Of a DNA stretch of 64,000 nucleotides, positions 21,475 to 30,269 are shown piece by piece; the stretch's first letter is position 1, and each line of letters opens with the position of its first letter. This stretch comes from Candidatus Dormiibacterota bacterium (lineage in GTDB: Bacteria; Chloroflexota; Dormibacteria; Aeolococcales; Aeolococcaceae), in assembly GCA_963823765.1 (NCBI GenBank), contig CAWGML010000002.1:92337-156336 (forward strand), read 5' to 3'. Under the pieces are notes generated by a model, which had not been told where the DNA came from, searched no databases, and worked only from the letters and a program-made list of their open reading frames with translations. Position numbers and translations under genes: made by a program.

Positions 21475-22323
21475 TCAGCTGACCCTGCTGACCGGCGCCT
21501 CGATGCGGTCCAGAATCGCCGCCTGCACCAGGCCGAAGCGGAGCTTGAGGACCATGAGCATGGCCTCGGGGATCATGCCGACCTGCATCTTGGAGAGCCC
21601 GTGGGCGCGATCGTTGAACGTGATCGGGATCTCGACGACGCGCTGGCCGCTGCGCTTGATCGCCCAGTCGAGCTCGATGAGGAAGCCGTACCCGCTCGAC
21701 CTGATGCGGCTGAAGTCGATGGCCCGCAGGGCGTCGGCGCGGATGCAGCGGTAACCGCTCGTGCAGTCGCGCATGGGCAGCCCGAGCACAGTCCGTGCCC
21801 AGATGCACGCCCCGGCGGTGAGCGCGATGCGCCAGGCCGGGCGACCCACGACGCGACCGCCCTCGACCATCCGGGAGCCGATGGCGACATCCGCTCGCCG
21901 GCACGCCTCGAGCAGGGCCGGAAGGTCCTCGGGTGGGTGCGAGAGGTCGGCGTCCATCTCCACGACGAGCTCGTAGCCACGTTCCAAGGCGTGGTCATAG
22001 CCGCGGAAGAGCGCGCTGGCCAGCCCCGCCTTGCCGGGCCGGTGGATCACCCGCAGCCGCGGCTCCAGGCTCGCCATCCGGTCGGCGACGGTGCCGGTGC
22101 CGTCCGGTGAGCTGTCGTCGACGACAAGAACGTCGACATCGGCGGCGGCCCAGATCCGCTGGAGCACGATCGGCAGGTTCTCGCGCTCGTTGTAGGTGGC
22201 CAGCACCACGAGCGCGTTGCGCCGGCGTCCGTGGGACGGGACATCCTCACCGCGGTCCGTGTGCCCCGTCTCGTGCCCGGGAGCGGTCAGGGGCCCGCGG
22301 ACGGCCGGGTCGTTGGACACCAT
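21475..22323 (-). CDS. Polyprenol-phosphate mannosyl/glycosyl transferase, GT2 (Ppm1/DPM1-like)
   Basis: ALVVLATYNERENLPIVLQRI...DVLVVDDSSPDGTGTVADR...HRPGKAGLASALFRGY...VVEMDADLSHPPEDL is diagnostic of dolichyl/polyprenyl-phosphate mannose synthases. It is followed in the same operon by three GT-C enzymes that use such donors. Start taken at MVSNDP. The longer listed N-terminus is low-complexity. Confidence 0.8.
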   Translation of the reverse strand: MVSNDPAVRGPLTAPGHETGHTDRGEDVPSHGRRRNALVVLATYNERENLPIVLQRIWAAADVDVLVVDDSSPDGTGTVADRMASLEPRLRVIHRPGKAGLASALFRGYDHALERGYELVVEMDADLSHPPEDLPALLEACRRADVAIGSRMVEGGRVVGRPAWRIALTAGACIWARTVLGLPMRDCTSGYRCIRADALRAIDFSRIRSSGYGFLIELDWAIKRSGQRVVEIPITFNDRAHGLSKMQVGMIPEAMLMVLKLRFGLVQAAILDRIEAPVSRVS

Positions 22324-22372
22324 GGGGGGACTTCTGACAGGTGATCCGTGTACCGGGGAAACGAACGCCCGA

Positions 22373-22783
22373 TCAGCCCGGGGTGGCGACCTCGCCGGCG
22401 GGGGCGCCCACCGCCAGGGCGCGCGCCTGGACGAGCGCGTCAGCAACCCCGTCGCGGAGCGGTGCGACGCCGGCGCGCAGCGTCTCCTGGAGACCCAGCT
22501 TGTGCATCTGCTTGAGGAGCCGGCGCGCTGCCACCTGCCCCGAGGAGACGCCGCCCTCCCGGATCAGGAGGGCGGCGGCACCGCCCTCCAGGATGGTCAC
22601 CGGCTCGTTGGCGCGGGCGTAGGCGATCACCAGCGCGGCGTACCCGGACCGAGCGCTGGCCGGGATCGATTCGTCGATGAGGAAGAGGCAGCAGGCGCCC
22701 TCGCCGGTGACCGCGCCGGCCGCGGCAAGGAACCGGTCGTGCCCCACCGCCCACGGCAGCTGCGAGATCGGGGGCAGCTCCAT
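22373..22783 (-). CDS. Hypothetical protein
   Basis: 136-aa ORF immediately downstream of the receiver gene. No clear motif. It could be a degenerate receiver/STAS-like domain. ATG at 22783. Confidence 0.3.
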   Translation of the reverse strand: MELPPISQLPWAVGHDRFLAAAGAVTGEGACCLFLIDESIPASARSGYAALVIAYARANEPVTILEGGAAALLIREGGVSSGQVAARRLLKQMHKLGLQETLRAGVAPLRDGVADALVQARALAVGAPAGEVATPG

Positions 22784-22795
22784 TGCCGGCAACTG

Positions 22796-23230
22796 TCAGG
22801 TCACCAGGAGGTCGGCGCCGAGCAGGTCCAGGGCGGCCAGTCGCGCCTCGAGCGGCGCGCCGCCGCCGGCGGACCAGGCGATGAGGAGACCGACGGCGTC
22901 GAGCAGCTCGCGCAGGCGCAGCGGCTTGGAGAGCGCGCTGACGCCGTCGCGCATCGCGCGCGGGTGGCGCAGCGACCCGCTCACGAAACAGATGCCGCTG
23001 CCGGCGGCGTTGCGATGGCGCACCAGCTGCTTGGCGAGCTCGAGCCCGTGGACGTCGGGAAGAAGGCCGTCGAGAAGGATGGCGCCGTAGCGGCGGCGGG
23101 CGACGGCGCCGAGCGCATCCTTCCCGGTCGCGTAGGCGTCGATCTCCCCACCAAGGCCGGAAAGGGCCCGGGACAGAAACGAACGAACCAGCTCGTCGTC
23201 CTCCACGATGAGGATCGCCACGTCTTCCAC
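22796..23230 (-). CDS. Stand-alone response regulator receiver domain protein (CheY-like)
   Basis: ILIVEDDELVRSFL (acid pocket), phospho-acceptor Asp in ILLDGLLPDVHG and conserved Lys in LSKPL. There is no output domain. Confidence 0.7.
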   Translation of the reverse strand: MEDVAILIVEDDELVRSFLSRALSGLGGEIDAYATGKDALGAVARRRYGAILLDGLLPDVHGLELAKQLVRHRNAAGSGICFVSGSLRHPRAMRDGVSALSKPLRLRELLDAVGLLIAWSAGGGAPLEARLAALDLLGADLLVT

Positions 23231-23249
23231 CCGGCTGATCCTACCCGGC

Positions 23250-24227
23250 TCACTCCTGACGATGCGGACAGGACACGAGATTGTGATGGCATCCGCACTG
23301 GCCGCGGAGCTCGTCGACGGCGATGTCGCCGTCGGCGAAGGAGATGCCCGGCCGGCCGGGCGGCGCTGTTCCTGCGTGGGCTGCGAAGACGTAGGCGACC
23401 CTGCCGTCGACGAGTGTCCAGGCGGGCATGTTGGGCACCCCGGCGCGGATCAGTCGCAGCGCCGCCTCTGCCGAGGGCGCGGCGTCGACGTGGCGGTGAC
23501 CGACCGAGGGCGCGTACGTGGCCCCGGTCATGTCGATGGCCTCGCCCGGGACGTCGGCGAGCAGACGGCCGACGGCCTCGCCGAGAGCCGCCGTGCCGAG
23601 CTCACAGAGCCGCCGTGTCAGCGTCCCCGACGTGTCGTCGTCGGCCACCGCGGTGGTCCGCTGCGCCAGGATCGGCCCCGCGTCCACCTTGGGCACGGCG
23701 CGGTGCAGCGTGATCCCCGCGACCGGGTCGCCGTCGGCGATGGTCCAGTACACGGGCTCAGGACCGCGCCGCAACGGCAGCGCGCTGGGATGGACGTTCA
23801 TCCAGCCGTGGTTGGTGATGCCCAGCGCGCGCGAGCCGATGATCTGGTCAAAGCTGGCCATGACCACCGCATCGAGTTGCAGGGCGGTGAGGTCGAGGAT
23901 GGAGTGCTCGTCGTTGACCCGCCAGGCGCGCAGCAGCGGGATGTCCAGGTGGTCGGCGATACGGCTGAGGGCGTTGTCGCGGAGGATGGCTTCGTGTGCC
24001 CCCGGGGAGGTGAGCAGCCCGACCACCTCGACGTCGAGCTCGAGGAGCGCGAGCAGGAACGCCAGGCTGTAGTCGGACGGGAAGCCGGCGAAGAGAACGC
24101 GCGGTCCGCGCGACTGCTCGGCGGTGCCGCGCAGCGCGGGCACGTCGCGGTCCGGGATGAATGAGAACTCGCTCCGCCCCCACAGCGTCGACCGGACCTC
24201 GTCCAGCGCAGGTGAGAGGGTCGCCAC
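23250..24227 (-). CDS. Formyltransferase (methionyl-tRNA formyltransferase / ArnA-N-like family)
   Basis: N-terminal Rossmann RVLFAGFPSDYSLAFLLALLE and catalytic region WMNVHPSALPLRRGPEPVYWTIADGDPVAGITLH match the Formyl_trans_N HxSLLPxxRG/SLLP motif, with a C-terminal Formyl_trans_C-like domain. Confidence 0.7.
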   Translation of the reverse strand: MATLSPALDEVRSTLWGRSEFSFIPDRDVPALRGTAEQSRGPRVLFAGFPSDYSLAFLLALLELDVEVVGLLTSPGAHEAILRDNALSRIADHLDIPLLRAWRVNDEHSILDLTALQLDAVVMASFDQIIGSRALGITNHGWMNVHPSALPLRRGPEPVYWTIADGDPVAGITLHRAVPKVDAGPILAQRTTAVADDDTSGTLTRRLCELGTAALGEAVGRLLADVPGEAIDMTGATYAPSVGHRHVDAAPSAEAALRLIRAGVPNMPAWTLVDGRVAYVFAAHAGTAPPGRPGISFADGDIAVDELRGQCGCHHNLVSCPHRQE

Positions 24228-24236
24228 CGGGGCATC

Positions 24237-25388
24237 CTACCGAGCAGGCGGCGAGGTGAGCACCTGCGCCGCGCTGGCGGCCACGAAGACGACCAGGGCG
24301 GCGAGCACGGCGATCAGCACGATCTGCCACGTCGCCAGCGTGTGGCCGTGCAGGATCCAGGCCCGTCCCGGCGCGTCTTCGCGGGCGGGCGTCCCAGCGA
24401 CTGCCGTGTCCGGCTCGGCGGCGACGGCCGCCGGCGCCGGCGAGGTGCCTGCGGCCTGCTTCGCGCGCGCGGGCGAGCGCTGTGCGGTGGAGCGACGGCG
24501 CGGCGATCGAACCTTGCGCGGCGGCGCCGGCGTGGCGTCCGCCGCCGTGGCCGCGGCGAGCAGCTGGCGCCCCGTCCTGCGCCACTCCGTCCCGGCGAGC
24601 GGCCGGGCCGTCTCGTCGAGGTGCTGGCGGCACTCGGCGAGGTCGGATCGCCGCGCCGCGGGGTCCTCTGCCAGCGCCTGCAGCACCAGCGCCTGCACCG
24701 GGATCGGCAGCGCGGCGTCGACGATCGCGTCGTGCACCTGCTGCTGCACGGAGACGTCCGAGCCCGCTCGCAGCTGCCTGCCCGTCACCGCCTCGACGAA
24801 CACGGCGGTCGCGGCGTAGACGTCGCCGGCCGCGCTCGGGCGTCCGGTGGCAGCCTGCTCGGGCGCTGTGTACTGCGGCGTCCCCCACGGATCTCCGTCA
24901 GCCCCCGGCGCCGCGGGCATGCCCACGTCGCGGAGCAGGACCACGCCCGTCGACTCCACCAGGATCGCGTCGGGGCGCATGTCGCGGTGCAGCACACCGA
25001 CGCCGTGCAACACCTGCAGGCCTGCGAGGCAATCGTCGTAGAGGACAAGCGCCGCTGCCAGCTGCAGCCGGCCCACGGTCTCCAGCACCTCGCGCAGGGT
25101 GACGCCGGTGATGGCCTCGCACAGCACCGCCGAGCGGGCCTTGTTGAACCCGATCACCGACACCAGGTGGGTGTGGCGGAGGTCGTGCAGCCGGGCGACC
25201 TCGCTGCGCAGCGCACGCATCCGGCGAACGTCGGCGACGAGCGCGGGCGGGATGGGCCGCACCATCAGCGCGGGCACCCAGCCCGATGCGCTGTCGTGGG
25301 CTGGCCCGGTGACCGCCTCCGAGGGGGACGGGTTCGCCGTCCGTGGTGGCGAGTGGCGCCCCCGGGGGGAGGCGACCCGGGCGGGCAT
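24237..25388 (-). CDS. Truncated Ser/Thr protein kinase-like (probable pseudokinase) with C-terminal TM anchor
   Basis: Contains the C-lobe only. The catalytic-loop variant VLHRDMRPDAILV (HRDxK with K replaced by R), LRDVG (DFG-like), the activation segment GTPQYTAPEQ and a single TM (IVLIAVLAALVVFVAASAA) are present. The Gly-rich loop and VAIK are absent. The ATG overlaps the stop of the upstream sulfotransferase (TGATG). Confidence 0.55.
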   Translation of the reverse strand: MPARVASPRGRHSPPRTANPSPSEAVTGPAHDSASGWVPALMVRPIPPALVADVRRMRALRSEVARLHDLRHTHLVSVIGFNKARSAVLCEAITGVTLREVLETVGRLQLAAALVLYDDCLAGLQVLHGVGVLHRDMRPDAILVESTGVVLLRDVGMPAAPGADGDPWGTPQYTAPEQAATGRPSAAGDVYAATAVFVEAVTGRQLRAGSDVSVQQQVHDAIVDAALPIPVQALVLQALAEDPAARRSDLAECRQHLDETARPLAGTEWRRTGRQLLAAATAADATPAPPRKVRSPRRRSTAQRSPARAKQAAGTSPAPAAVAAEPDTAVAGTPAREDAPGRAWILHGHTLATWQIVLIAVLAALVVFVAASAAQVLTSPPAR

Positions 25389-26362
25389 CAGGAGATGCCG
25401 CTGGCCGCCGCGCCCACGCTCGCCGGTGGCCGCACCCACCCCCGCGACGGGAATCGTTCCAGCACCGCCTCCACCTGCGCCACCTGCTCGTCAGAGAGCC
25501 GTCCCCGCCAACGTGTCGGCTGCTCGCGGGTCACGCGCACGTGGCTGAAGCCCTCGCCGGGACGGTTGGCCTCGTCGAGGAAGCGCTCGACATCTTCGGA
25601 CCAGGGGAGCCCGAGCCGGTCGCACACCGCGCGGATCTGCGGCTGGGGATCGCTGCAGAGATCCTCGTGGGTGACAACCAGCCAACCCGGGTGGCGCTGC
25701 ACCTCGTCGGCGAGGACGGTGGTGAGCAGGCCCACCCAGGCCGCGCAGCGCTCCAGGCTGCTGGCGGCGTCATCGGGCGGGGAGATCCCGAGCGGGGTGA
25801 GGTAGCGCTCGCGGATCGCAGGCCGCGAGAGCAGGTCGAAGCCGTGCACGCCGAGCTCGTTCCACGAGGAGATGACGTTGAGCGGGTTGCGCTGCAGCAC
25901 CACGACGCGCGGCTCGTAGTTGCGCAGCAGCCAGTCGACGGCGAACATCGCGTAGATCGACTTGACCACAACGTGTGGCGGCCGTCCCGGCATCGCCGAC
26001 ATCGCCTGCGCAGTGCGCCGCAGCAGCGGATCGCGCACGGGGCGGGGCAGGCGGAGTGCCGCGCGTGCGGCTCCGCGCCGCCACCCGCGCGGCACGCGGG
26101 CGGTGAAGGACAGGTCCCACAGCCCGCGGAACTGTGGCGCGGACTCGTTCTCGCCGATCATCGGGTACGGACCGAAGCCGAGCTTGCTCTGGCCGGCGCC
26201 GCGGGGGTCGGCATCGACGTTGTCCGGCTCCTTGACGAGGCGCGTGCCCTCGGCGTGGCCGAGGGCGGTGCCCAGCCAGCGTGTCCCCGAGCGGGCCACG
26301 CCGAGGAGGAGGATGCGGTCGGGCCTTCCTGGCACGGATGGCGTCAGCGTGGTGTCCGACAT
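25388..26362 (-). CDS. PAPS-dependent sulfotransferase, Stf0-like (Sulfotransfer_3 family), paralog 1
   Basis: The 5'-PSB loop LLLGVARSGTRWLG is 15 aa from the N-terminus. The C-terminal VTHEDLCSDPQPQIRAVCDRLGLPWSEDVERFL is conserved in the two other paralogs (31829..32791, 41495..42457). Start chosen at MSDTTL, with GGAGA 11 nt upstream. Confidence 0.75.
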   Translation of the reverse strand: MSDTTLTPSVPGRPDRILLLGVARSGTRWLGTALGHAEGTRLVKEPDNVDADPRGAGQSKLGFGPYPMIGENESAPQFRGLWDLSFTARVPRGWRRGAARAALRLPRPVRDPLLRRTAQAMSAMPGRPPHVVVKSIYAMFAVDWLLRNYEPRVVVLQRNPLNVISSWNELGVHGFDLLSRPAIRERYLTPLGISPPDDAASSLERCAAWVGLLTTVLADEVQRHPGWLVVTHEDLCSDPQPQIRAVCDRLGLPWSEDVERFLDEANRPGEGFSHVRVTREQPTRWRGRLSDEQVAQVEAVLERFPSRGWVRPPASVGAAASGIS

Positions 26363-26384
26363 GATCGTCGAGTCTCCCATTTGT

Positions 26385-29300
26385 TCAGTGCGCGTCAGCT
26401 TTGGCGGTGGCGATGTAGGCCTTGAGCCGGGCGCGCGTGTTCGGTCCTGCGGCAGCCGGGACCACCTGGAGCGCGGTCTCGAAGTCATGGATCGCATCGT
26501 TGTCATGGTGGAGCTGCACCTCGATCCAGGCGCGAGCCGCGTAGAGGCTGGAGAGCCCGAAGCCGTCCACCCCGGACTCCTGCGCGTATGGGCCGGCATT
26601 GGCAAGAAAGGCGTCGATGGAGGAGTTCATGGCGGCCAGCGCGGGCGTGGCGTTGCCCAGCGCCAGCTGAGCGGCCGCGAGGTCATCGTAGGCGCCGGAG
26701 CCCCCGCGGCTCGCCGACGCCGAGGCGGTGCAGTCCGCCACCGCCCGGTCGTACGCGCCGCGCAGCACGTCCCTGTGGCACACGTGGCTGAGCACCACAG
26801 CCGTCTGCGAACCGCCCGTGGCGAGGCGCTCGGCGGTGGCGAGCTCCTGGTCGGCGAGCGTGTCGTCGCCGTTCCTGATGGCGAGGTCCGCGTCACCGAG
26901 GTGCAGCAGCGCCGAGGTCGGCTGGCGTGCGATCGCCTGGGCGTACACCGCCTGCGCGTCCGAGCCGTCGTCCAGCGCCACCAACCCATCGATCGCGGTG
27001 AGGTCCTGGTTGTCGGTGGCAGCGGGGATGGCGGCGGCGTGGCGGTAGTCGGCGATCGCCGAGTTGGTGTCCCCGACGACGCGGTACGCCACCGCCCGGC
27101 GTAGGTACAGGTCCGCCGAGTCCGGGGAGAGCCCGATGGCGCGGCTGTAGTCATGGATCGCCGCCGCGCCGTTGCCGCCTCCGTTGATGTAGCAGTCGCC
27201 CCTGCCGACGTAGGCGCGGACCAGGGTGGGGAAGTCGGTGAGGGCGCTGGTGTAGTCGGCGATGCACAGGCCCGCCTTGCGGGCGGCCCGCTGGAGGCGC
27301 GCGTCGTCCAGTGACGAGCCCTGGATGCTGGGGGGCACGGAGCCTGCCTGCTGGGCCTCCGAGAGAAGGCTCTGGAGGTCCGACGGCGATGCCCCGCACG
27401 CCGAGAGGAGCAGCAGCGAGACGATCGCGGCGATGCCCGCCCCCGCCGAGGCCGAGACGGGCCGGCCGGCGCCCGACGCGTGCCGCGAGCTGACCAGGTG
27501 CGCGACGACGCGGACGGTCGCCGAGAGGAGGAGCAGAGCGACCGCCACGCCTCCGTAGCCGACGTCGACGGAGTACGGGTCGTTGGCGAAGCTGGTCACC
27601 GGGAACTGGGACGGCACCCCGAACCACTCGATGGTGACGGCGACCGCGGTGACACCGAGGAACACGAGCCCCGCGATCGCCAGCCAGCGGGCGGCGCGCG
27701 AGGGGCCGAACGACTCCTCGACCGGCCCATCGACGACAGCGACAAGCCGGCGCCGGCGGATGTCGAACACCAGCAGCAGCACCGCCGCGACCAGGCTCAC
27801 CGCGGCGATCCCCTGGCCGATCCGCTCGAACGGCACCGTCGAGTACGTGAAGGTCAGGTGAGCCTTGGCGAGCTGGGCGGCGTCGACGTGGTAGAGGTTG
27901 AACAACCCGTCGCCGAGGCTGGTCGGCTTGGTTCCACCGAGCTGCCAGCCCGGGTCGTAGTAGCGGCGCAGCTCGACCCACCGGGTCGAACCGCCCGCCG
28001 GCGTCGCCTGGAGTTGCTCGCCGTTCGAGCGCACCGTGACCGCTGCGGTGGCCTGGCTGGGGCCGGCGAGCGCCTCGGCTGTGAGGGCGGACCAGGCGAC
28101 GCATGGGCCCAGCGTGGCCGGGGTGGCGCCGGCCGGCGCGATCGGGACCGGGCCGGCGCTGAGCGGGATGGGGCCGTACATGCCCCACCCGGGCGCCCCT
28201 GCCGGCGCGGTGAGAAGCGGCAGCGTCTGCTCGGCCCCGGCGACCGTGAGGCTCACCGACGGCGAGGCCGCGCGAACCATCACCGCAGCGCTGACCGCGC
28301 GCGTGCTCAGGCAGCCCCCGTCGACGCGCGGGATCACCCCGACGCTGTCGGGGAGCGACGCGGAGGCGGGCGGATAGTGGACGTTGTCGAAGCTCTGCTG
28401 GTACGCCGCCGGGACGCCGAGCGCCTGCAGCGCGGGCAGGACCGACGGCGTCGACCAGGTCCCGGACTCCACCAGCGCGACCGTGCTGCTGCTGGTCACC
28501 GCCGGCGCGGGAGTGGTGCGCCACACCAGCAGCTCGGTGGCGCTGTCGCCGAGGCGCTGCGGCGCGCCGAAGATGGCGGTGAGCCGTTCATCCAGCCAGG
28601 CACGGGTGACGCCGCCGGGCAGGGTCCCGGCGAGGGAATCGCTGCCCGGCGCCACCACGTAGCCGGCGCCTGTGACGGTGGTCAGGTACGGGAACAGCTG
28701 GCTGTCGAGGTAGCAGAAGGGAACGAGGTTGTCAGCGCAGTACAGCTGGTAGGGGTCGCGCTGGTTGATCTTGGTGCTGCTGAAGCTGCCGGTGAGGTTG
28801 ACGGCCGGGTGCATCGGCGATGCGATCAGGAAGTGGTGGTTGCGCGCGCCCAGGTCGACGAGTGGCTGGCCGATCCAGAGCACCGAGCCCGGGTTGGGGT
28901 CGCGGGCGAGGATGTCGGACAGAGCCGAGAAGGAGGACGGTTCGGGGGTGGGCGTCGTCGTCGACCCCAGCGCGCCCGTCTGCAGGACACCGATGGAGGA
29001 GACGGAGAGCGCCGCCACCCCGGCGAGGGCGATCGCGGCACCGGCGCGCGCCAACAGCCGGCGGCGGTCGCCCAGGCTGGACGCCCATCGAAACGCCGCG
29101 GCGAGCGCGATGGGGATGAGGATGGAGTAGGCGAGAGCCACGATGTACAGGAACTTCGAGCCCTCGCGGAAGAACTTCCAGCCCGGAACGTGGATGTACA
29201 TCCAGTCATAGAGGCCGCCGAACGGCGGGTTGTTGGTCTTGGCGAGGAAGGCGAAGCACAGTGCCGCCACCGCCAACCACAGCACCTCGGGGCGGACGCG

Positions 29301-30269
29301 GCGGGCCAGCAGGGGCGCCATCGCCAGCAGGGGCATGATCATGAACGCCGGGTTGAGCGGCGCCTGGACCAGCTGCGCGGGCGACCCCCCCGACCAGAAG
29401 GCGTCGACACCGCCGAGCCCGTGGCCGAGCGTGATGATGGTGAAGTCGGGCGCCTGCGGGGTGGGGAAGCCGGCGTTGCCGTGGTAGGTGAGCAGCGGCA
29501 CCAGCCAGTAGGCCTGCGTGCCCAGGAACGTCACCGCCGCCACCCCGGCGAGCAGCAGGCGGCGGCGCAGCACCGGCCAGCCGCGCTCGCAGAGAGCCAG
29601 CACGACCAAGTACATCACCATCAGCACCGCCACCAGGTACGCGGGCCGGATGTCGTACGCGGCTGTCAACGCCACCAGCAGCCCCGTTGCCAGCGCCCAG
29701 CGCAGCGTGCGCCGGCGCATGGTGCGGATGAAGGTGAGCAGGGCCAGGACGCTGACCACCTCGGCGAGCGTCAACGGGATCTCGCCGTTGGCCTCGAGCA
29801 GGAAGTACGTGCTGCCCAGGAGCAGGAGGGGGGTCAGCAGCGCCCAGCGCGTGCGGCCCATGATCTCGCGGGCGAGCAACCAGCCTGAGACGGGCAGGAG
29901 GATGGCGAAGGGGACGAAGTAGACGACCTTCTCGATGAGGGTCCAGTTGGCCCCGATGGTGGCGAGAAGGCCGGACAGGAAGTTCACGGGGTAGCGGAAC
30001 GCCTGGACGAAGCGGTTCTCGCCCCCGAGCCCCAGTGTGCTGTCCCACACGGACGGCCACGGGAAGTACTCGAGCAGGCGCTGCCGGTCGGGCCAGTGCC
30101 AGTCGCCGGCGGCGAGCGGCGTCGCCGTGACCCACGCATGCCGGACCAGGAGCCCGATCGCGGCCAGGCACGCGATCACCACCTTGGGCCGAGTCACCAT
30201 CCACTCGGTGTGCTGCCGCCACCACTGCGGCGCAAGCCAGGTCCGAGATCGGCTGTCCACCGGCTCCAC
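26385..30269 (-). CDS. Large polytopic membrane protein, YfhO/GT-C-like N-terminal domain plus extracytoplasmic beta-rich domain, late TM and C-terminal TPR domain
   Basis: 1294-aa intact ORF with about 13 TM helices in the first 520 aa, then an about 400-aa non-membrane domain. A further TM (IAAVSLVAAVLLLVF) and hydrophobic segments follow, then a C-terminal about 330-aa TPR-like helical repeat region (YLRRAVAYRVVGDTNSAIADYRHAA...). The architecture resembles YfhO-type lipid-linked glycan transferases. The start overlaps the flippase stop. Confidence 0.6.
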   Translation of the reverse strand: MEPVDSRSRTWLAPQWWRQHTEWMVTRPKVVIACLAAIGLLVRHAWVTATPLAAGDWHWPDRQRLLEYFPWPSVWDSTLGLGGENRFVQAFRYPVNFLSGLLATIGANWTLIEKVVYFVPFAILLPVSGWLLAREIMGRTRWALLTPLLLLGSTYFLLEANGEIPLTLAEVVSVLALLTFIRTMRRRTLRWALATGLLVALTAAYDIRPAYLVAVLMVMYLVVLALCERGWPVLRRRLLLAGVAAVTFLGTQAYWLVPLLTYHGNAGFPTPQAPDFTIITLGHGLGGVDAFWSGGSPAQLVQAPLNPAFMIMPLLAMAPLLARRVRPEVLWLAVAALCFAFLAKTNNPPFGGLYDWMYIHVPGWKFFREGSKFLYIVALAYSILIPIALAAAFRWASSLGDRRRLLARAGAAIALAGVAALSVSSIGVLQTGALGSTTTPTPEPSSFSALSDILARDPNPGSVLWIGQPLVDLGARNHHFLIASPMHPAVNLTGSFSSTKINQRDPYQLYCADNLVPFCYLDSQLFPYLTTVTGAGYVVAPGSDSLAGTLPGGVTRAWLDERLTAIFGAPQRLGDSATELLVWRTTPAPAVTSSSTVALVESGTWSTPSVLPALQALGVPAAYQQSFDNVHYPPASASLPDSVGVIPRVDGGCLSTRAVSAAVMVRAASPSVSLTVAGAEQTLPLLTAPAGAPGWGMYGPIPLSAGPVPIAPAGATPATLGPCVAWSALTAEALAGPSQATAAVTVRSNGEQLQATPAGGSTRWVELRRYYDPGWQLGGTKPTSLGDGLFNLYHVDAAQLAKAHLTFTYSTVPFERIGQGIAAVSLVAAVLLLVFDIRRRRLVAVVDGPVEESFGPSRAARWLAIAGLVFLGVTAVAVTIEWFGVPSQFPVTSFANDPYSVDVGYGGVAVALLLLSATVRVVAHLVSSRHASGAGRPVSASAGAGIAAIVSLLLLSACGASPSDLQSLLSEAQQAGSVPPSIQGSSLDDARLQRAARKAGLCIADYTSALTDFPTLVRAYVGRGDCYINGGGNGAAAIHDYSRAIGLSPDSADLYLRRAVAYRVVGDTNSAIADYRHAAAIPAATDNQDLTAIDGLVALDDGSDAQAVYAQAIARQPTSALLHLGDADLAIRNGDDTLADQELATAERLATGGSQTAVVLSHVCHRDVLRGAYDRAVADCTASASASRGGSGAYDDLAAAQLALGNATPALAAMNSSIDAFLANAGPYAQESGVDGFGLSSLYAARAWIEVQLHHDNDAIHDFETALQVVPAAAGPNTRARLKAYIATAKADAH

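Noticed and set aside
22196-23713. 505-aa plus-strand ORF spanning the Ppm1/receiver/formyltransferase region
   Set aside because: It is antisense to three well-supported minus-strand genes and has an Arg/Pro-rich low-complexity translation.
27480-29888. 802-aa plus-strand ORF and 27151..28524 / 29206..30306 minus-strand alternative-frame ORFs
   Set aside because: They are antisense to or out of frame with the 1294-aa membrane protein. They are low-complexity Arg/Gly/Asp-rich translations with no domain signatures.
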